The notes: a model not told the origin generated them from the sequence alone. Shown: positions 1 to 13,637, numbered from the stretch's first letter. The stretch is DNA of 64,000 nucleotides from Marsupella aquatica (GCA_973895155.1 OZ316893.1:5966171-6030170), one strand, 5' to 3'. A program made the numbers and translations.

Positions 1-143
1 TTTGCGATTAGAGACGAACCTCAAGATCGAGGCTAATTAATGAGATTATCATTGATTAGCCCCGTACCTTGCTGCCCGCTGCCCAGTATTACGGACATTT
101 GAATAAGGATAAATACCTGGGGCGAGTCGTTCTGGACACCAGC

Positions 144-216
144 TGCCCCTAGTCTTGGTGGTAGAGGGAGCTCACTGGCACGGGGCAGGTTTCCGGTTCG
201 AATCCTGCTAGTGGCA
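144..216 (+). pseudogene. tRNA-derived sequence (tRNA pseudogene or SINE head)
   Basis: A-box-like TAGTCTTGGTGG, D-stem TCT/AGA, 7-nt loop CTGGCAC and perfect B-box GGTTCGAATCC at 195-205, with tRNA-like spacing over ~73 nt. The acceptor stem does not pair in canonical register. Confidence 0.4.
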
Positions 217-409
217 ATGTGCAACTTTTGTCAATCACCCCACCCAAAAGTGGGGATCATTCACCTTCTACTTACACTTAGAAAAAATATGAACGAGGAG
301 AAGAAGATGCGGGCAGCGGGTGGTGAAAAGGTGCAGGAGGCTCATTATGAGCCTCGAAGTTGTCTTTCGTCCTGAATTGTATTGAACCTTTGGATCCCAT
401 CAGCATTGA

Positions 410-760
410 AGAGCATGTACTCACATTTGTATTGAAATATCCTTACATTCTGTCTTCGGTTCTGGTGATTGATTCTCAAGCTGGTTCTCACACATTAAAT
501 GTGCACACTTAGTTACAATGACAACATGGTTCCAATTACATATGAGATTTCTCAACAACTTCCTTGTCTCACCTGCATTTCTTTGACTGGCCTCCACATC
601 TTTTGAGCTGAACCTCTGCCAAATGAGTGGGGGTGTACCAGATAAGTTGTGGCATATCATGTGTGCCATTATTGGCTGGAGTGTATGGAAAGACCGGAGC
701 TCTTTCCATAGAACACACAAAGTCCAACCCAGATGCACTCAATACAAAAAGCTTGGCACC
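410..760 (+). pseudogene. Degenerate LINE ORF2 3' fragment (zf-RVT-like region)
   Basis: Translated pieces ACTHICIEISLHSVF (decayed C..C..E..H.F) and LWHIMCAIIGWSVWKDRSSF (W..I...IW.IWK.RN..F-like), interrupted by stops. Confidence 0.35.
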
Positions 761-2108
761 GGCTTGGAGTTTACCTTCGCATGGTCTGGGCCAGACATCA
801 TGCAAAGGTAAGGGCAGGGAAGGCCACCACAGCGAAGGCCTACCAGCCATGTGATTATGGGACACACTCCGGACTTTTGGAAGTACATGAGGACATACTT
901 CATGTTCCCAGGTCCCACCCACCCGCCTTGAATCTGATCGTGTTTCACAAGAATTGATTCTGCACGGCAAGATAGACCAATAGATAAGTAAGCCTATCAC
1001 GGATGCACTGAATGAAACCTTGCCGGAACCTGAGCACTGGCTAGCCTCATGGAGCGAGCTTCTCGTGCTGCAGTAGTTAAATTTTTTGTTTGGCTGCTTA
1101 CCTCCTGGGAGGCTTAGTTTCTTTCCTAGTACCGGCCCCACCGGTTTAGATTACACTTCTGACCTCTGGTTCACCCGTTTGGTTTGCACTTCTGACCTCT
1201 GGTCCACCTTTGGCCTTGTCCTTGTGGTCGCCTCTTTGTATGCTGTTTTAGTGAATTGAATTCAAAAAGATCTTTCAAGTCAAAAGAGTCTACACCTAGC
1301 AAGACTACTAAGACTACCCAAATGAGTACATACGAGGTCAAGAGTGTAAGTAACACAAGGACGTCCCATAGTCCTATAGGTATGACCCTTCAGAAGTACT
1401 TCTCAACTGCTCTAATCAAACGTGGCGAGGGTGCACCTGCGCAAACCGCCCTGCTGATCAAGCAAAGCCGAGGAAATAAGGAAAGGGCCCAGTTGGCAAA
1501 TCCTTAGTGCAAGTGGTGGCACATTGATCCGTGCAAAATTGACATTCGCTAGTCAGCAAAACTTGTAACACGGCTATTAAAGCGGAACGTCGACTACCAT
1601 TTGGTTGAGCTGGGTTGAGTGAGAACTTCATTCAAGTGACTGATTGGATTGTGACTTGCCATTTGATTTGGCCGAGTTCGAGTTGCTATAATTACAAGCC
1701 AGCGACATCTGACATATGCTGTTGAGTTTTTACTCAGTGAAGTTGTGAGGACTAAGTGCATTGTGAGTTGCCATTCGGTTTGGTCGATCTAGTCCGAAGG
1801 TTGACGTAATTAATTTCGGAGCGAGCGGCATCTGACCGCCGATGTTGCTAGTGTTAATGTGGTGAAGTGAGGAGCTTGACAGAATTGTACGTATTGTGAG
1901 TCGCCAGTTGGATTGGTTGAGTGCGAGTTGACATCATTCGAAGCAAGCGACATCTGAGTTCTGTCAATTTCAATTTGTTGAAGTGAGGCCGGAGCGTGAC
2001 TAATTGTCATTGAGTGAAGTGAGGAGGTTCGCAACATTCAGAGAAAGTCACAGCTCACAGCTGCAGCATAGAAAGGAGTCTCTTAGCAACTCAACTGCGA
2101 GGATTGAT

Positions 2109-2774
2109 ATGGCTTCCGAGCAAGCCTTACTAAGCCACACCGCAGTGGAATCCTCTGAGCCGGGAGCAGCGACCACCACACCAGAAGCTGCAGCAGGCAA
2201 ACCGTTGAGGAATCAAATCCCTTACGACGATGGTGAGTTCAACACAAACGGGAAGCACCCCAACACGCAGCCGGGAGCAGCGACCACCATACCAGAAGCT
2301 GCAGGAGGCAAGCCGTCAGCGAATCAAATCCCATACGACGATGGTCAGTTCAACACAAACGGGAAGCACCCCAAGGCGCAGCCGGCAGCAGCGACCACCA
2401 TACCCGAAGCTGCAGGAGGCAAGCCGTCGAAGAATCATATCCCTTACGACGATGATGACTTCAACGCAAAGGCGCAGCACGCCGAGGCGCAGGTCATCGG
2501 GTGTTTTGCGAAGGTTTTTGGGCATCTCGAGCGGCCCACAGCAGATACCACCGGTGACGCCACTGCCGACACCTCCCCCGCTCATGGGACGGAAGGCAGG
2601 GCCTTCAAGCATCTGTGGGATGATGAAAGCATCGAGCAGCAAATGAGAAGCACAACGGCTCAGGTTGTTGGGACTTTAAGGGGGCTTTCTAGTGCGTTTC
2701 ATCAAGCTGAGCAGAAAATACGAGGCGGGTTCAAGAAAACCGGTCCTTCCGGGACAGCGGTGCCGGGGACATAG
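2109..2774 (+). CDS. Intronless hydrophilic protein (221 aa) with three 37-aa tandem repeats, function unknown
   Basis: ATG at 2109 in a 256-codon ORF. 111-bp repeats start at ~2159, 2270 and 2381 (PGAATTIPEAAGGKPSxNQIPYDDGxFNTNGKHP) and keep the frame. Confidence 0.55.
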   Translation: MASEQALLSHTAVESSEPGAATTTPEAAAGKPLRNQIPYDDGEFNTNGKHPNTQPGAATTIPEAAGGKPSANQIPYDDGQFNTNGKHPKAQPAAATTIPEAAGGKPSKNHIPYDDDDFNAKAQHAEAQVIGCFAKVFGHLERPTADTTGDATADTSPAHGTEGRAFKHLWDDESIEQQMRSTTAQVVGTLRGLSSAFHQAEQKIRGGFKKTGPSGTAVPGT

Positions 2775-4187
2775 GTCACTCGACATCACCCAATTCCGAG
2801 GGAATCCGACACTGCAGAAGTGTCCCCTCCTCCACACTACATACAGCTTTTCAATCTTGAAGGCTGAAATTAAGTATGTTCAGTTGACCTTCAGAACATG
2901 ACCTCAAGCTACTTCTTCTGAAATCTAACTCTTTGAAATCGTTGAGAGCAAAACTAAGGCCTCAAGGTACTGCCAAGTAGCATTCAGCCGTAGCAAAGTT
3001 AAAAATATGAGCGACATGTAGCTGCTAGGTGCGTTCCTTCTTACGTTTGTACATATTTCTAGCGTGAGACAACTAGTTTTTGTACAAGTAGCAGTATTTC
3101 GCAATCACGGGGCTGTGAAAAAAGTTCCCCAGAAGTGGGAGCGGTGTGGATTGACACCCTGTTCCCTTGGATGTACAAAGAATAATTATTAATGTTTCGA
3201 TAGATTTGAATTGAGGAACTGTAACCCAATAAGCTTTCCATCCTAACCTCGAATTATATGACTTTGTTACTTTGTAATCAATTCCAGTGAAGAAGTGGCA
3301 CGAAACCACAGTCAAAAAATATTTAGGCAAGTTCCAGCTTCAAATAGTCATTTCAACTACACTGTCTCACACTATAGAGTGCGTGACACACTAATTTAGG
3401 TGATTTGATTTTATCAGGAATCACACCTTCATTTGTTAAGTCACTATTATTGGCGAACCAAAGTTATTAAAATTACCAATTTCAGTCAACAAGATACTAC
3501 ACAACAAGATATCACACAGAAGCATATCAAATGACACAGGAACTTGTAGAATCAATTTCAGAGTCAGAGTAACTTACATTGGATTTGTTAGGCACTTCTG
3601 TGTAAATATTCAATTGATCTTCAATGTTTAGGTATTTTCTTACTATTGACAGTCTGATATGTATGACTTTCACTTTGTATTGGTTTGAGTCTCAGTTTTA
3701 TGCCCTTGGTTGTGTGCTATGATTCTCAGTGTGCTATATTCAAGCGAGCACCTCAATTAGTGAGACTAAATGCATGACTTCATGTGACCTGTATTTAGAG
3801 CAACACCCAAAATAACGTGACTCATGGTATTTTATATGAAATTCTAAGGGCCTCACACTTAGTGTGAATAAAAAATAATATGCAATTAGTGTGACTAAGA
3901 CTAATAGCTCTGGACAGTGTAGGACAGTGTAGCTGTTTCAGAATGAATACTGGTTCAAAAATCCTGGTCATTCTTAATGTCTTTCGTGATATTTCTCTTT
4001 GTAAATGTCTATCCACTTATGGAGAAGAATGCACAGTCTGGGTTTGGATTGCTCATTATGAAGCTTCTCTTCTATTTACCAAAAATAGCGAAAATAAAGT
4101 CTCTGAAGCCATTAAGTGCACATATGTCTCTTCGGTTATGCCCCAAGGTAAAGCCTGGATGGACCTGCATATTGTCCACAATGCCCC

Positions 4188-4331
4188 GGTGGACAAACAA
4201 AATCTCAATGTCAAAGTCTATGGATGTTCACATATGGTGGACAAACAAAATCTCAATGTCAAAGTCTATGGATGTTCACATATGGTGGACAAACAAAATC
4301 TCAATGTCAAAGTCTATGGATGTTCACATAT
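4188..4331. repeat. 48-bp tandem repeat x3
   Basis: GGTGGACAAACAAAATCTCAATGTCAAAGTCTATGGATGTTCACATAT at 4188, 4236 and 4284, identical copies. Confidence 0.95.
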
Positions 4332-5728
4332 GTTGATGTTATCTTGTTGGTTTTGATTTATTCTCAACAATGTCCTGTTACAAGAAAATGAAGAACAACA
4401 ATAGCCCCTCAAAACTTGAACTATAGCCCTCATTTTTCAGGGCATTTTGGTCCACAATGCCTTGTATTCAAGACATTATTATACTTTTGTGGACTCTAGT
4501 TTCTGAGTGAGCATTATTATACTTGTGTGGAGCCTAGTTTCTGAGTGAGCTTTGCCTAAAAAACAGCCATGGCTCATGACAATTTTTTTAATATGTGCAC
4601 TTATCATGTAATGCAAACCACATTCAAGTGCATTGCTTCGCTTCTTCCCAGGAGTGTGCACTTAAAAGGATGGACCCTAGATCTCAACCAGTCAGATGAA
4701 GCCATAAACTCCTCTCTTGGTTGATTTCTGTTTGTATTTCTATGCATGATTAAGAGCCATAACCCCCCTGCTGGGCTGGCCAGGAGGTTATGAGATGTAG
4801 GCCCCTTGGCTAGCCTGCCCCGAGGGTTGTCCAACTTGGGGGACACTTTTCAATCCAAATAGAGCAAAACTACACTATAGGTCACACTGCACATAACAAA
4901 GCCTCCCTTAGACAATGCCCACCACACATCTTACTAAATCATTTGCCATGAGAAGCTAAAGTTGAAGTCTAAGGTTCTAGAGGGAAGTCTCCAAAGTTGA
5001 TATGGATGGAAAGAAGGATGGGACATGTATATTAAAATGATGATCATCCATGACAATTATTTAATATTCTAATGGGCATTCAATCTCATACTTGTAATTA
5101 CAATAGTGATAAGACTCCACTTGATGAAGCCTCCCCTAGACAATGCCCCAACGCGCATAATATTAATATAATTGTAATCACAATACTGATGCGAAAGCAA
5201 TGGGAGGGGATTGGATTGGATGTCGCATTATCACGCGTTTAGAAGAAACAGAGAAGTCTTGACTCGAACGCAATCCACAACAACAAAACGTCCAGTGGAA
5301 TGTCGATGAACTGATGAAGTGCCACTGTTGACAGGACTAGTATTATTATTGCCAGCGGTCGGTGGGGCCGCCGCGATGCTGTCGGGGACAGCAGCACACA
5401 CACACTCGTGTTCAGGGCGGTGCTGTCATCACCGCGCTGCGGCACCTTGGCAACCAAGCATCGTGTCACAACAGAGGTTCCGAACGTTCTTCGCGTTTCG
5501 TGCTCGCCTTCAAAACCAGTCTCCGCTCCTCCTCACCTTGCACAGTCGACTCAGCTTCCACTTCTCGTTACGCTCCCGCTTTTGACCTTCCTTCGTTCTG
5601 TTAGCTTTTGTTCGACACGACTGGGAAAGGATTGTGGCGCTCGTTAGCGGTTTGTGGTGGTAGATTTGTGCGTTTCTGAACAGATTTGCTTATTTGTTGG
5701 AGCGTTGAATAGACTCAGAGGAGGAAAC

Positions 5729-7348
5729 ATGGGCGGTGGTGGTGAGACAGAGGAACTTGTTGGAACCAGCGAGGTTGAGCCGGAGTTTCAACCCGAGGTT
5801 AGTGACGATCGTGTCGAGTCGCGTCGTCTTGATGTTGTTGATGTTGACTTCTGTTCTGTGTGCTCAGCACAAGACAGAACGCAAATCTTTTGTTTCTGTT
5901 GCTCTGTGGTATAGCCGTCTTTGGGTGTGAGTGATATGGGTCTACTTCCGGATATGGATTGAAAGGTAGGGTAAGGTTCGTGGTGAGGCTTGATGAAATT
6001 CTGAGGTGGTAAGGCTCGTCTCTAGAGGCGGAGTACGGACATCTGCTTACCATCAATGAAATCATTTGGAATTTCAGGCAGGGAACATTTCCCCAATGGC
6101 GAGACAGTGGTTTAACGGAAAGGGGGTTCCCTTCTTTTGGTGTCCTGTACAAATTTGATTCCGGCTCCGATTCTGCCAGCTTGGATTCTGGCAGGTGTAC
6201 CGATTTTTAATTGACTGTGCCTAGCCTGGTTCTTTTGCAGATTGCTGAGCCTGGCCTAAAACACTTGGAGTTCCTGCGTGTGGCGATTATCAATGGCTCA
6301 GCGTATGCCGTGAAATTGTATAATTATGGGAAAGAGCACTCGGGTTCCCTGAAGCCACGCGTGGACAGTGTCGAAGGAACTGTGAGATCCGTAGCTGGAC
6401 CGATGGCGCTTAAAGTTGAGGGGAAGTTGCCCGAAATTCTTCAGTTCGCTGATAGAAAGGTAAGTCAACTTGATTATCGAGCTTGACCTGTGTTTTTTAC
6501 TCAAAAGCTGCTACTATTGCAAAGGTTATCAACGCATCCCTTGCACGTCAAAACGAGGTGTGCTGTCTAGTGGGATGATGCGTGCCCAATCTCAAGTTGG
6601 GTCGGTTACTCGAAGCAGCTGGTCCCAGTGTTCTTCAATTTTGTGACTAGGTGGTTCAAAAGGGTAGTTGAAGGGGTTTCAGTAGGCAAACGTATCACCA
6701 GCCAGGTTTTTTAAATTGATATGGCTTTCTGACTTGGTGACTATAAAATGATTTTGAAGTACCTTAGCAGATAATTACCAAGTAATATGAAGTTGAGGAT
6801 ATTGTCGGAGATTATATTATCGCAGCAATTTTGTAGGTGGAGGTCGACACTGTGATAGGGTGTTTTAAAGTCCTAGTGTAAATTTTAGGAAATTTTTCTC
6901 GTCTCTGTCAGCTAATATAATATTACTTCTCTTGACCGTTGTCCAGGTTGACGATACAATTCAGTACTTGGATATTATGCTCCCACAGACAGTGAAGGAT
7001 CGCTCCTCCAAGGCTTTTGATGTTGCCCGAGATGCTGCAAAGCAAGCACCTGGTGCAGCTAGGACAATGGCTGGACAAGTGCAGGAGCAGGGTGTTTATA
7101 GCACAGCTACCGAGTATTACACCAAGTTCCAGCCCATTGCTGAATCATATGGACATCAAGCATTGCAAACTCTAATGAGCCTTCCTATGGCTCCGCAGGC
7201 AGCTGGAGCTGCACGCATTGGTGCCGAGAAGTTAAACCAGATTTTGCTTTCCCTCAGAGATAGTCAACTTCCTCTTTCAGCATATGTCCCGCTGCTTCCA
7301 CTGAACTACTTTGAGAAAGAGGACCAAACTCAGTTCCAGGTCAAGTGA
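5729..7348 (+). CDS. Rubber elongation factor / SRPP / lipid-droplet-associated protein (REF family), 3 exons: 5729-5797, 6241-6459, 6947-7348
   Basis: LKHLEFLRVA..LYNYGKEHSGSLKPRVDSVEGTVRSVAGP..PEILQFADRK|VDD matches the REF/SRPP consensus. GT-AG introns keep the frame. An alternative in-frame exon-1 donor exists at 5774. Confidence 0.9.
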
Positions 7349-8406
7349 GCGAAGTACTTAGAAGCTGCCATAGGGAAGTGACACCTTCTCACCGTGTGAA
7401 ACTGTTGCACAAATCTTGTTCTCTCGAAGTCATTAGGTCGAAAATAAGAAGAGCATCACGTTTATGTGAGATGTGCAGAATAAATAGGCCCGCTGAAATT
7501 TTTTAAGAAATGCTTCTGTCGTAGTGTTGTACATAGTAATTTAGAAGTGATACGTCAAAGAGCTGCGCATTACTGTCACCATTGTGGGACTTCTGTACAC
7601 CTGCGCAAATATAGCAAGGATGTCCTTCATCGTGGTGTTTTCTATTTTGTAATTGAAAAGAGATACATTGTTCAAGTTTTTCCCCCAAACTTGTCTCTTG
7701 AACGTCTTGTAAGTAAGATACGGTGAGAAAAATTGAGTCACTTGGGTGTTAATTGTATTGTATTGACAGGTATACTGCCTTTCACTTCAATTTCGCAGCC
7801 CATCCCAGCAAAGATATCCTATGTTCGACTTCTGCCACCAAAGAAAGTGCAGCTCCTCTCTTATTAACAAAAATAAATAACTCTTCCAGACAAGTGGGGA
7901 AAGTGATCTCCCATAAACCGAAATTCACTGTCTATAACCTCAAATCAAGGCCATTTCCGCCTATGAACCATTCAACTCTTTTCGTTTCCTAAAGCTTTTA
8001 GCAGCAAAGTTAGCCTTCGGTAACTTCATTCTTGAACTACAAAAGTCCCTTTCCATCCACTCAACCAAGAAATCTTAGCAGCAACATTTGACTAGCCTTC
8101 AATATATCCCATTATCTACTTCCTATCCATTGCAACCATTAAAGTTCCCCTTCTGTCCACGCAACCAAAAAGCGTAAGCAAACTTTGACCTTCAATAAAG
8201 TTATCAGTAAACAACTCGAGACTGGGTGAATCATGCATATTCTTTCCTTGGGTTCAAGGTGAGGACTCACTGGGTAAATTATAGATACTTCGACTCGGGT
8301 TGAGGTGGAGTGAAGGTTTACAAATGACGTCAAGTAGTCTAGGTTCCAGTAGACGGTGAAACTCCAAAAACGCCTCCTAAAGTCATCTGACCCTAACTGA
8401 CACCCT

Positions 8407-8701
8407 GGGTTAAATCAACACCGCGTTAATGCGCTCCAAGTTTAGCGGCACCCCGTACGCTGCCCATCACGAAATCCAATGCCGCCTGCCCGTTCCCCGA
8501 CGCGGCCTAGGTTTATGTTCTACCATTTCTCCTTCGACTGCCTAAACTGCGTTTCCGTCCGTCGTCTGTCCGTTTTGAAATCGGGCGGGAGCGCGAACCG
8601 ACTCCCCGACCCTGCCAACGCTACCCTCCCCTGCCCCGTCTCAACAATCGACTGCTGTCGAACCCTGCAATCCCACTCAAGCACGCTGCGCCTGCACACG
8701 A
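8407..8701 (+). repeat. MULE left terminal inverted repeat
   Basis: Reverse complement of ~40224-40536, with a few substitutions and a small indel at the inner end. Confidence 0.95.
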
Positions 8702-8942
8702 CCATTGTTTAGGTTCTATCACATTTCGCCTTCGACCAATTTCGAAACTCAAGCCCAACAACTCACTCGGACATCCTGCTCAAGTAAGCAACTCATTCAG
8801 ATGATCGTTGCTGCATGTCAGACGAGTACTTTGTCTCTGGTGTTACCAATTAAATTGATTGTTTCAATGTCGCTCCCAACTCTTGCTTCAGATTCACAGT
8901 TTATGTTCTACTCAGCGTTGCTTTGGTACTGTCATGCAGGGA

Positions 8943-11900
8943 ATGGCGCCATCTCGGCAATGTGCCGTAGGGCCTAGGAAGGGGAAGCCTCCTGTTCCAC
9001 CAGAGTCAGAATGGGAGAAGTTCCCAATAGCCAAGATGAACGAACATTGGATGCGAGCTAAAAATCCATCCCACAGAAGAACATTAGGGTCAGGTTTTCT
9101 TTGCAAAATCATGACGGATGACTCATGTCAACACTTCGTGAAGAAGCAGGCTTTTCTGGATCACATGCGATCAGTACATCGCATGAATCCAGAACCGTGT
9201 CCGGTTGGTCGTCCCAAAACGGCAGCACGGTAGAGGTTCGACCATTTTGCGTTCATTCCACACACGAGTACTAGTTCATGTTCTGGTATGGATTGATTTC
9301 ATTACTTCTGGTTTATGTTTTGCTATTCAGATAATGCTTTGGTTTGTGTGTGCCTAAAGGAATCCACTGAGTACGGCAGCCACGATTCACAACAAAGAGT
9401 CGACTTCGGGTTCCTACCCTGCACGAGTGTGGAAACTCAAGCGACAGCGAATGTCATGGTTGCTACGATGGGCGAATAACCTCAAGTTAGCTCATGAAGG
9501 GGATGAGGATGAGACAACATGGGTTCTGAGTAAGGCCACAGAGCGGTACAATGCGTGGAGAAAATCTAAGCGCTTCACCAGCTTGCTCAACGCTGTGAAA
9601 TCAAACGTTGAAGATTTCTGGAAAAAGCATAGATGCCAAATTGATCCAGAGGAGATGCGAACTAGGGTATGTGCAATGTAGTTGATGTTTTGTCGGTATG
9701 AGGTAAGTTCATTGTAGTTTATGTTCTGTCGGTGCCAGGTATGTGCAATGTAGTTGATGTTCTGTCAGTATGAGGTAAATTCATTGAGTTTATGTTCTGT
9801 CGGTACCGGGAACGTGAAATGTAGTTATGTTTTGTCGAGAAGGGTATGTGAATTTTACTTTATGTTGTATTGCTATATTAATGCGGTAGTGATGTTTGAC
9901 ATATGAAATGCATAATTGTCATAGGCAATGCTTCCAAAAGATGTGGCCGAATGGAGCAGTGACGATGGGATGCCCCAACTGGATCTTTCCCGCTCTGATT
10001 TGGACGTTGACAACATTGTATATAAGAAGCGTGTCCTTGTTGAGAAGGACCCACCTCCGAACACTAGAGCGAAGGGTAAGGGTAAGGCCCCATGTAAGAA
10101 GCCTGCTAAGAATTCTGAAACACAAGGACAGAGACAGGGCTTGAGGTCTAGGGCCAAGGCCACACCGGGAAGGAACACCTCCATCGACAGCCAGGTTAGG
10201 CACATTCATATGCTATCTATTCAGGACATTAATGTTCCAAGCAAATTCATGTTCTTTCCTTTGTATTATGGAATGCGACTCTTTGTACTTGTGTGCAGGA
10301 AAAAACTGTAGGTCCTGACAGACCGTCTACACGGAAGAGAAGGCCAAGAACAACCAAGAACAGCCAATAACCAACTCAAAAGAAGCTAAAAAAACATCAA
10401 CAACACTCTCCATGTACCTCACATTGTCTTTGCCTTTATTCCAAGACCTCCTATCCTATCGCAATTTTGTATGATGTGTTTCCCTATGCCATTCATACTA
10501 GGCATGTCTCCTGGTTTATGTTCTGCTTCTGGTATATGTTTCGCTTCTGGTTCATGTTCTGCGCCTGGTTTATGTTTCGCTCTGGTTCATGTTCTGCTTC
10601 TGGTTTATGTTCCGCTCTGGTTCATGTTCTACTTGTGGCTTTTGGTTTATGTTCTGCTGAAGATGTTTGTCACGGGTTCCAGACGGATGACAACACAGAT
10701 GATGAAGCTGAAAAAGAAAGGGGTGGAGACAGGAAAGACATTGATGGGGCCACAGAAGATGGGGCAGAGGACGCCACTAGTGAGCAGGCTTCACAAGAAC
10801 AGGCCGAAGAGGATGATGATGATGGGGCCACAGAAGATGGGGCAGAGGATGCCACTAGTGAGCATGCTTCACAAGAACAGGATGGAGAGGATGATGATGA
10901 TGATGCCACAGAAGATGGGGGCAGAGGATGCCACTACTGAGCATGCTTCACAAGAACAGGCTAGAGAGGATGATGATGATGGGGCCACAGAAGACAAGGC
11001 AAATTCTGATGGGGAGACAGAAGATGGGGCCCAAGATGACAAGGCAGAGTATGATCCTGCCACAAAAGATGGGGAGACAGAAAATGGGGCCCAACATGAT
11101 GGGGAGACAGAAGATGGGGCTGAACGGATGGGGCCACAGAAGACGGGCCCGAGGATGATGGTGTCCCAGGAGATGGGCCCCCAGAAGATGGGGCCCAACA
11201 AGAAAACTTCACAACAAGACAGCCAAGAAGCGACGGAAGAGAGTAAATTTGCAGAGGAACAGGAAGGAGATGGAGGAGAACCTACAGATGAAACTTGTCT
11301 GAAGGCATATGAGAAACGCTTGTCGGAAATTAAGGTGAGGCTACAGTCTATGTTCTTTCCTGTTCTATGCCATTTGCTGTTGTTATATTCCCTAATTCAT
11401 TGAATGTCATGCCTGATGTTCTTGCAGGGAAGGGAAAAGCAACAGCACATTAGCAGGAAAAAGGTGCCTGGTCACAAAAAACAGGCAAAGAAGACAAAGA
11501 AGGTGTCTTTCCTCAATGAAGAACACACCAGTGCACCCCTACCTGGTCTAGAATCATGGACTAAGATGAGATGGACCCAAGAATTGGGCAACATCATAAC
11601 ACATCACGTTGAAAACCTGACCAAAATTATTCCTCCCTATTCAGACTTAGTTGTGGATGGGGTTAGTATTCCATTCATCGACACCTATAATGTTGGAGGC
11701 AAATACAATAGGAACACCTGGTTGCCTTTACATGCTGCGAGGCGCAAGACCTTCAGCAGCATTCAAATTTGGCACTGGGTTTATCACACAAGGTAATCAC
11801 CCTTTGCTCGTAACAATCTGGTCAACACTTGATTCATGTTTTGCATATGTCCTAGCCGTATGTGTAATGGTTTATGTTTTGTGGCGCAGGAAAATTGTTG

Positions 11901-12145
11901 TGCCTTTTCGACCTATTCATGCAGATCATCCATGGCCGGGGTACCTTTTTGTGTGGGTGGGCCCGGATGGCATCCCAATTCTACCAAGGCATGTCGACTG
12001 CCTACTTGCAAATCGCCGTACCCTCATCAACCTTCAAATTCAGAAAGCCTCGGGACAGACTTGTCCAAGCATTGGGCCTCTAGATGACGTTTGCAAGTTC
12101 CCTCTCCTGAAATGTGATCCTGTGTCCAAGGTAGCCTTCGTGTAA
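8943..12145 (+). CDS. MULE accessory gene (multi-exon, probably partly decayed): C2H2-like zinc finger, GRP AT-hook-like motif, basic region and acidic repeat tract
   Basis: Exon ~8943-9229 encodes FLCKIMTDDSCQHFVKKQAFLDHMRSVH..PVGRPK. In-phase GT-AG joins lead to exons at ~9360-9666 and ~9925-10194. Acidic repeats DGATEDGAEDATSE at 10740-11200 contain frame slips. Last exons ~11429-11792 and 11891-12145. Confidence 0.6.
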
Positions 12146-13119
12146 GCGTTTCCTATGTAAAGTGAACTGCCTGTTGGCAACTCTCAATACAATGAATTTT
12201 CCATAAACACGATTTCGGACCGACCGAGAAGTGTGTCGGAGTTCTCGTTTAGCCCGATCCCATTTTTTTCTAAGGCAATGCAATGACCGATAAAATTGGC
12301 AAAAACTCTCCGAAACGCCACTTTCCTCCATTGCATCGCCGCGGGAATGCAGGGAGCGATACGTGCATTGGGTTTTACATTCCGTCAGTGAAAAAGTCCG
12401 AACTGCGAGTAACTTGGTCCGAACCGCGTAATCCAGGAACGACCACGCACTAACCCAGGTAAAAGGGGAACTTAACCATGGTTAAGGGGAAATTAACCAT
12501 GGTTTAGAGCATCTCCTATATAAAGAGGAGCGGGCTGCCCATAAAATGTTTGCTTTCGCCAGAGCAAATATCTCCTGACTGAGAGCGAATACCAAACTCC
12601 CATCAAGTCTTACATTCCTCCCAAGCGATTCGACTCTTTCTACCGAACACCCGATAAATTTATCGGAACAGCCATTCCTGTTCAAGTTCTCCATGTAAGA
12701 CTAACTAGTCATTTAGTGTAAAATGTCCAGATCCGAGCGGACTGCGATAAATTTATCGCATTTTGCATTCCTCTGTTGCAATCATTTGATCCAGTGTGTT
12801 TAGAGAGGTGTTGCCTTCATTCCGATAAATTTATCGGAGTCTCCATTCCTTTCATGGAAAGAGGAGTAATTGAGAATCCGATAAATTTATCGGAGTTGTC
12901 ATTTTTGTGAAAGATTGAATTCAGGGCTTAGGTGTTTGAGGAAGTCATATTTTCAATTCGAATGCGGAGTGCGATAAACTTATCGCATCCTCCTGTGAGA
13001 ATCATTTTCCTTTGTTTTGTTTGGAGACTCATCTTCATCTCTGATGTCGCAGTGTTGCCGGGTTTAGGAGGCACAACGGAAGGTCGATTGCACTCCGTGG
13101 ACAACAGGTATTGTGACAA

Positions 13120-13449
13120 ATGGCTGTCTTCCTTGAAAATCGTGTCAAACGTGCACGCCGGTTGTACAAGAGACTCGTGCAACTCAAAGTTCTCCCCATC
13201 GGTATAGGAGCATTGTGGATGGGTGGTACTGATCCTGGAGATAGGCAGAATCCTCTCCGCATTGAATTCTGCGGAATGAATGATGCAGGAGTTCCAATTC
13301 GTTCGAGGTTGATGTTAACGGCGTGTTTACATTCTTTGGAGTTTTCTTGTAACTATTGTTGTCGTCGTCTTGATAACAAGTACCACAAACAGGCTCACTT
13401 CTGTTGTAAGATTTGGAACGAAGACCCTTGGGTGAACCTTTCACGATGA
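13120..13449 (+). CDS. Small Cys/His-rich cargo ORF (109 aa), unknown function
   Basis: ATG-initiated intronless ORF ending CLHSLEFSCNYCCRRLDNKYHKQAHFCCKIW; first of a co-oriented run of ORFs. Confidence 0.4.
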   Translation: MAVFLENRVKRARRLYKRLVQLKVLPIGIGALWMGGTDPGDRQNPLRIEFCGMNDAGVPIRSRLMLTACLHSLEFSCNYCCRRLDNKYHKQAHFCCKIWNEDPWVNLSR

Positions 13450-13637
13450 GTGTTTCGACCTTTTCATTGAGGCGCATCTTGGAAGGACATATTTAAATAA
13501 ACAAGTCCTACCCTTGCGCAGCGAATATAATACGTCACGAGTCCTAATCGTTAAACTGTCGTGCAGGGTTGGTACTGTGTTTGGTTACACCTGGTGATTG
13601 AAGGTATTTTTATTGGTGGTTTTGGTAGCTCTGCTTC

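Noticed and set aside
3943-4356. 137-aa and 119-aa ORFs with repeated peptides
   Set aside because: They are explained by the 48-bp tandem repeat in AT-rich non-coding DNA.
8320-8350. Short inverted similarity (GAACCYAGACTACTTGAC) to 41074-41091 outside the MULE ends
   Set aside because: Only ~18 bp and asymmetric relative to the TIRs, so it is insufficient evidence for a larger enclosing element.
10471-11403. 310-aa Met-rich ORF (MMMMGPQKMG repeats)
   Set aside because: It is an off-frame reading of the acidic DGATEDG repeat exon plus an intronic motif array of the MULE accessory gene.
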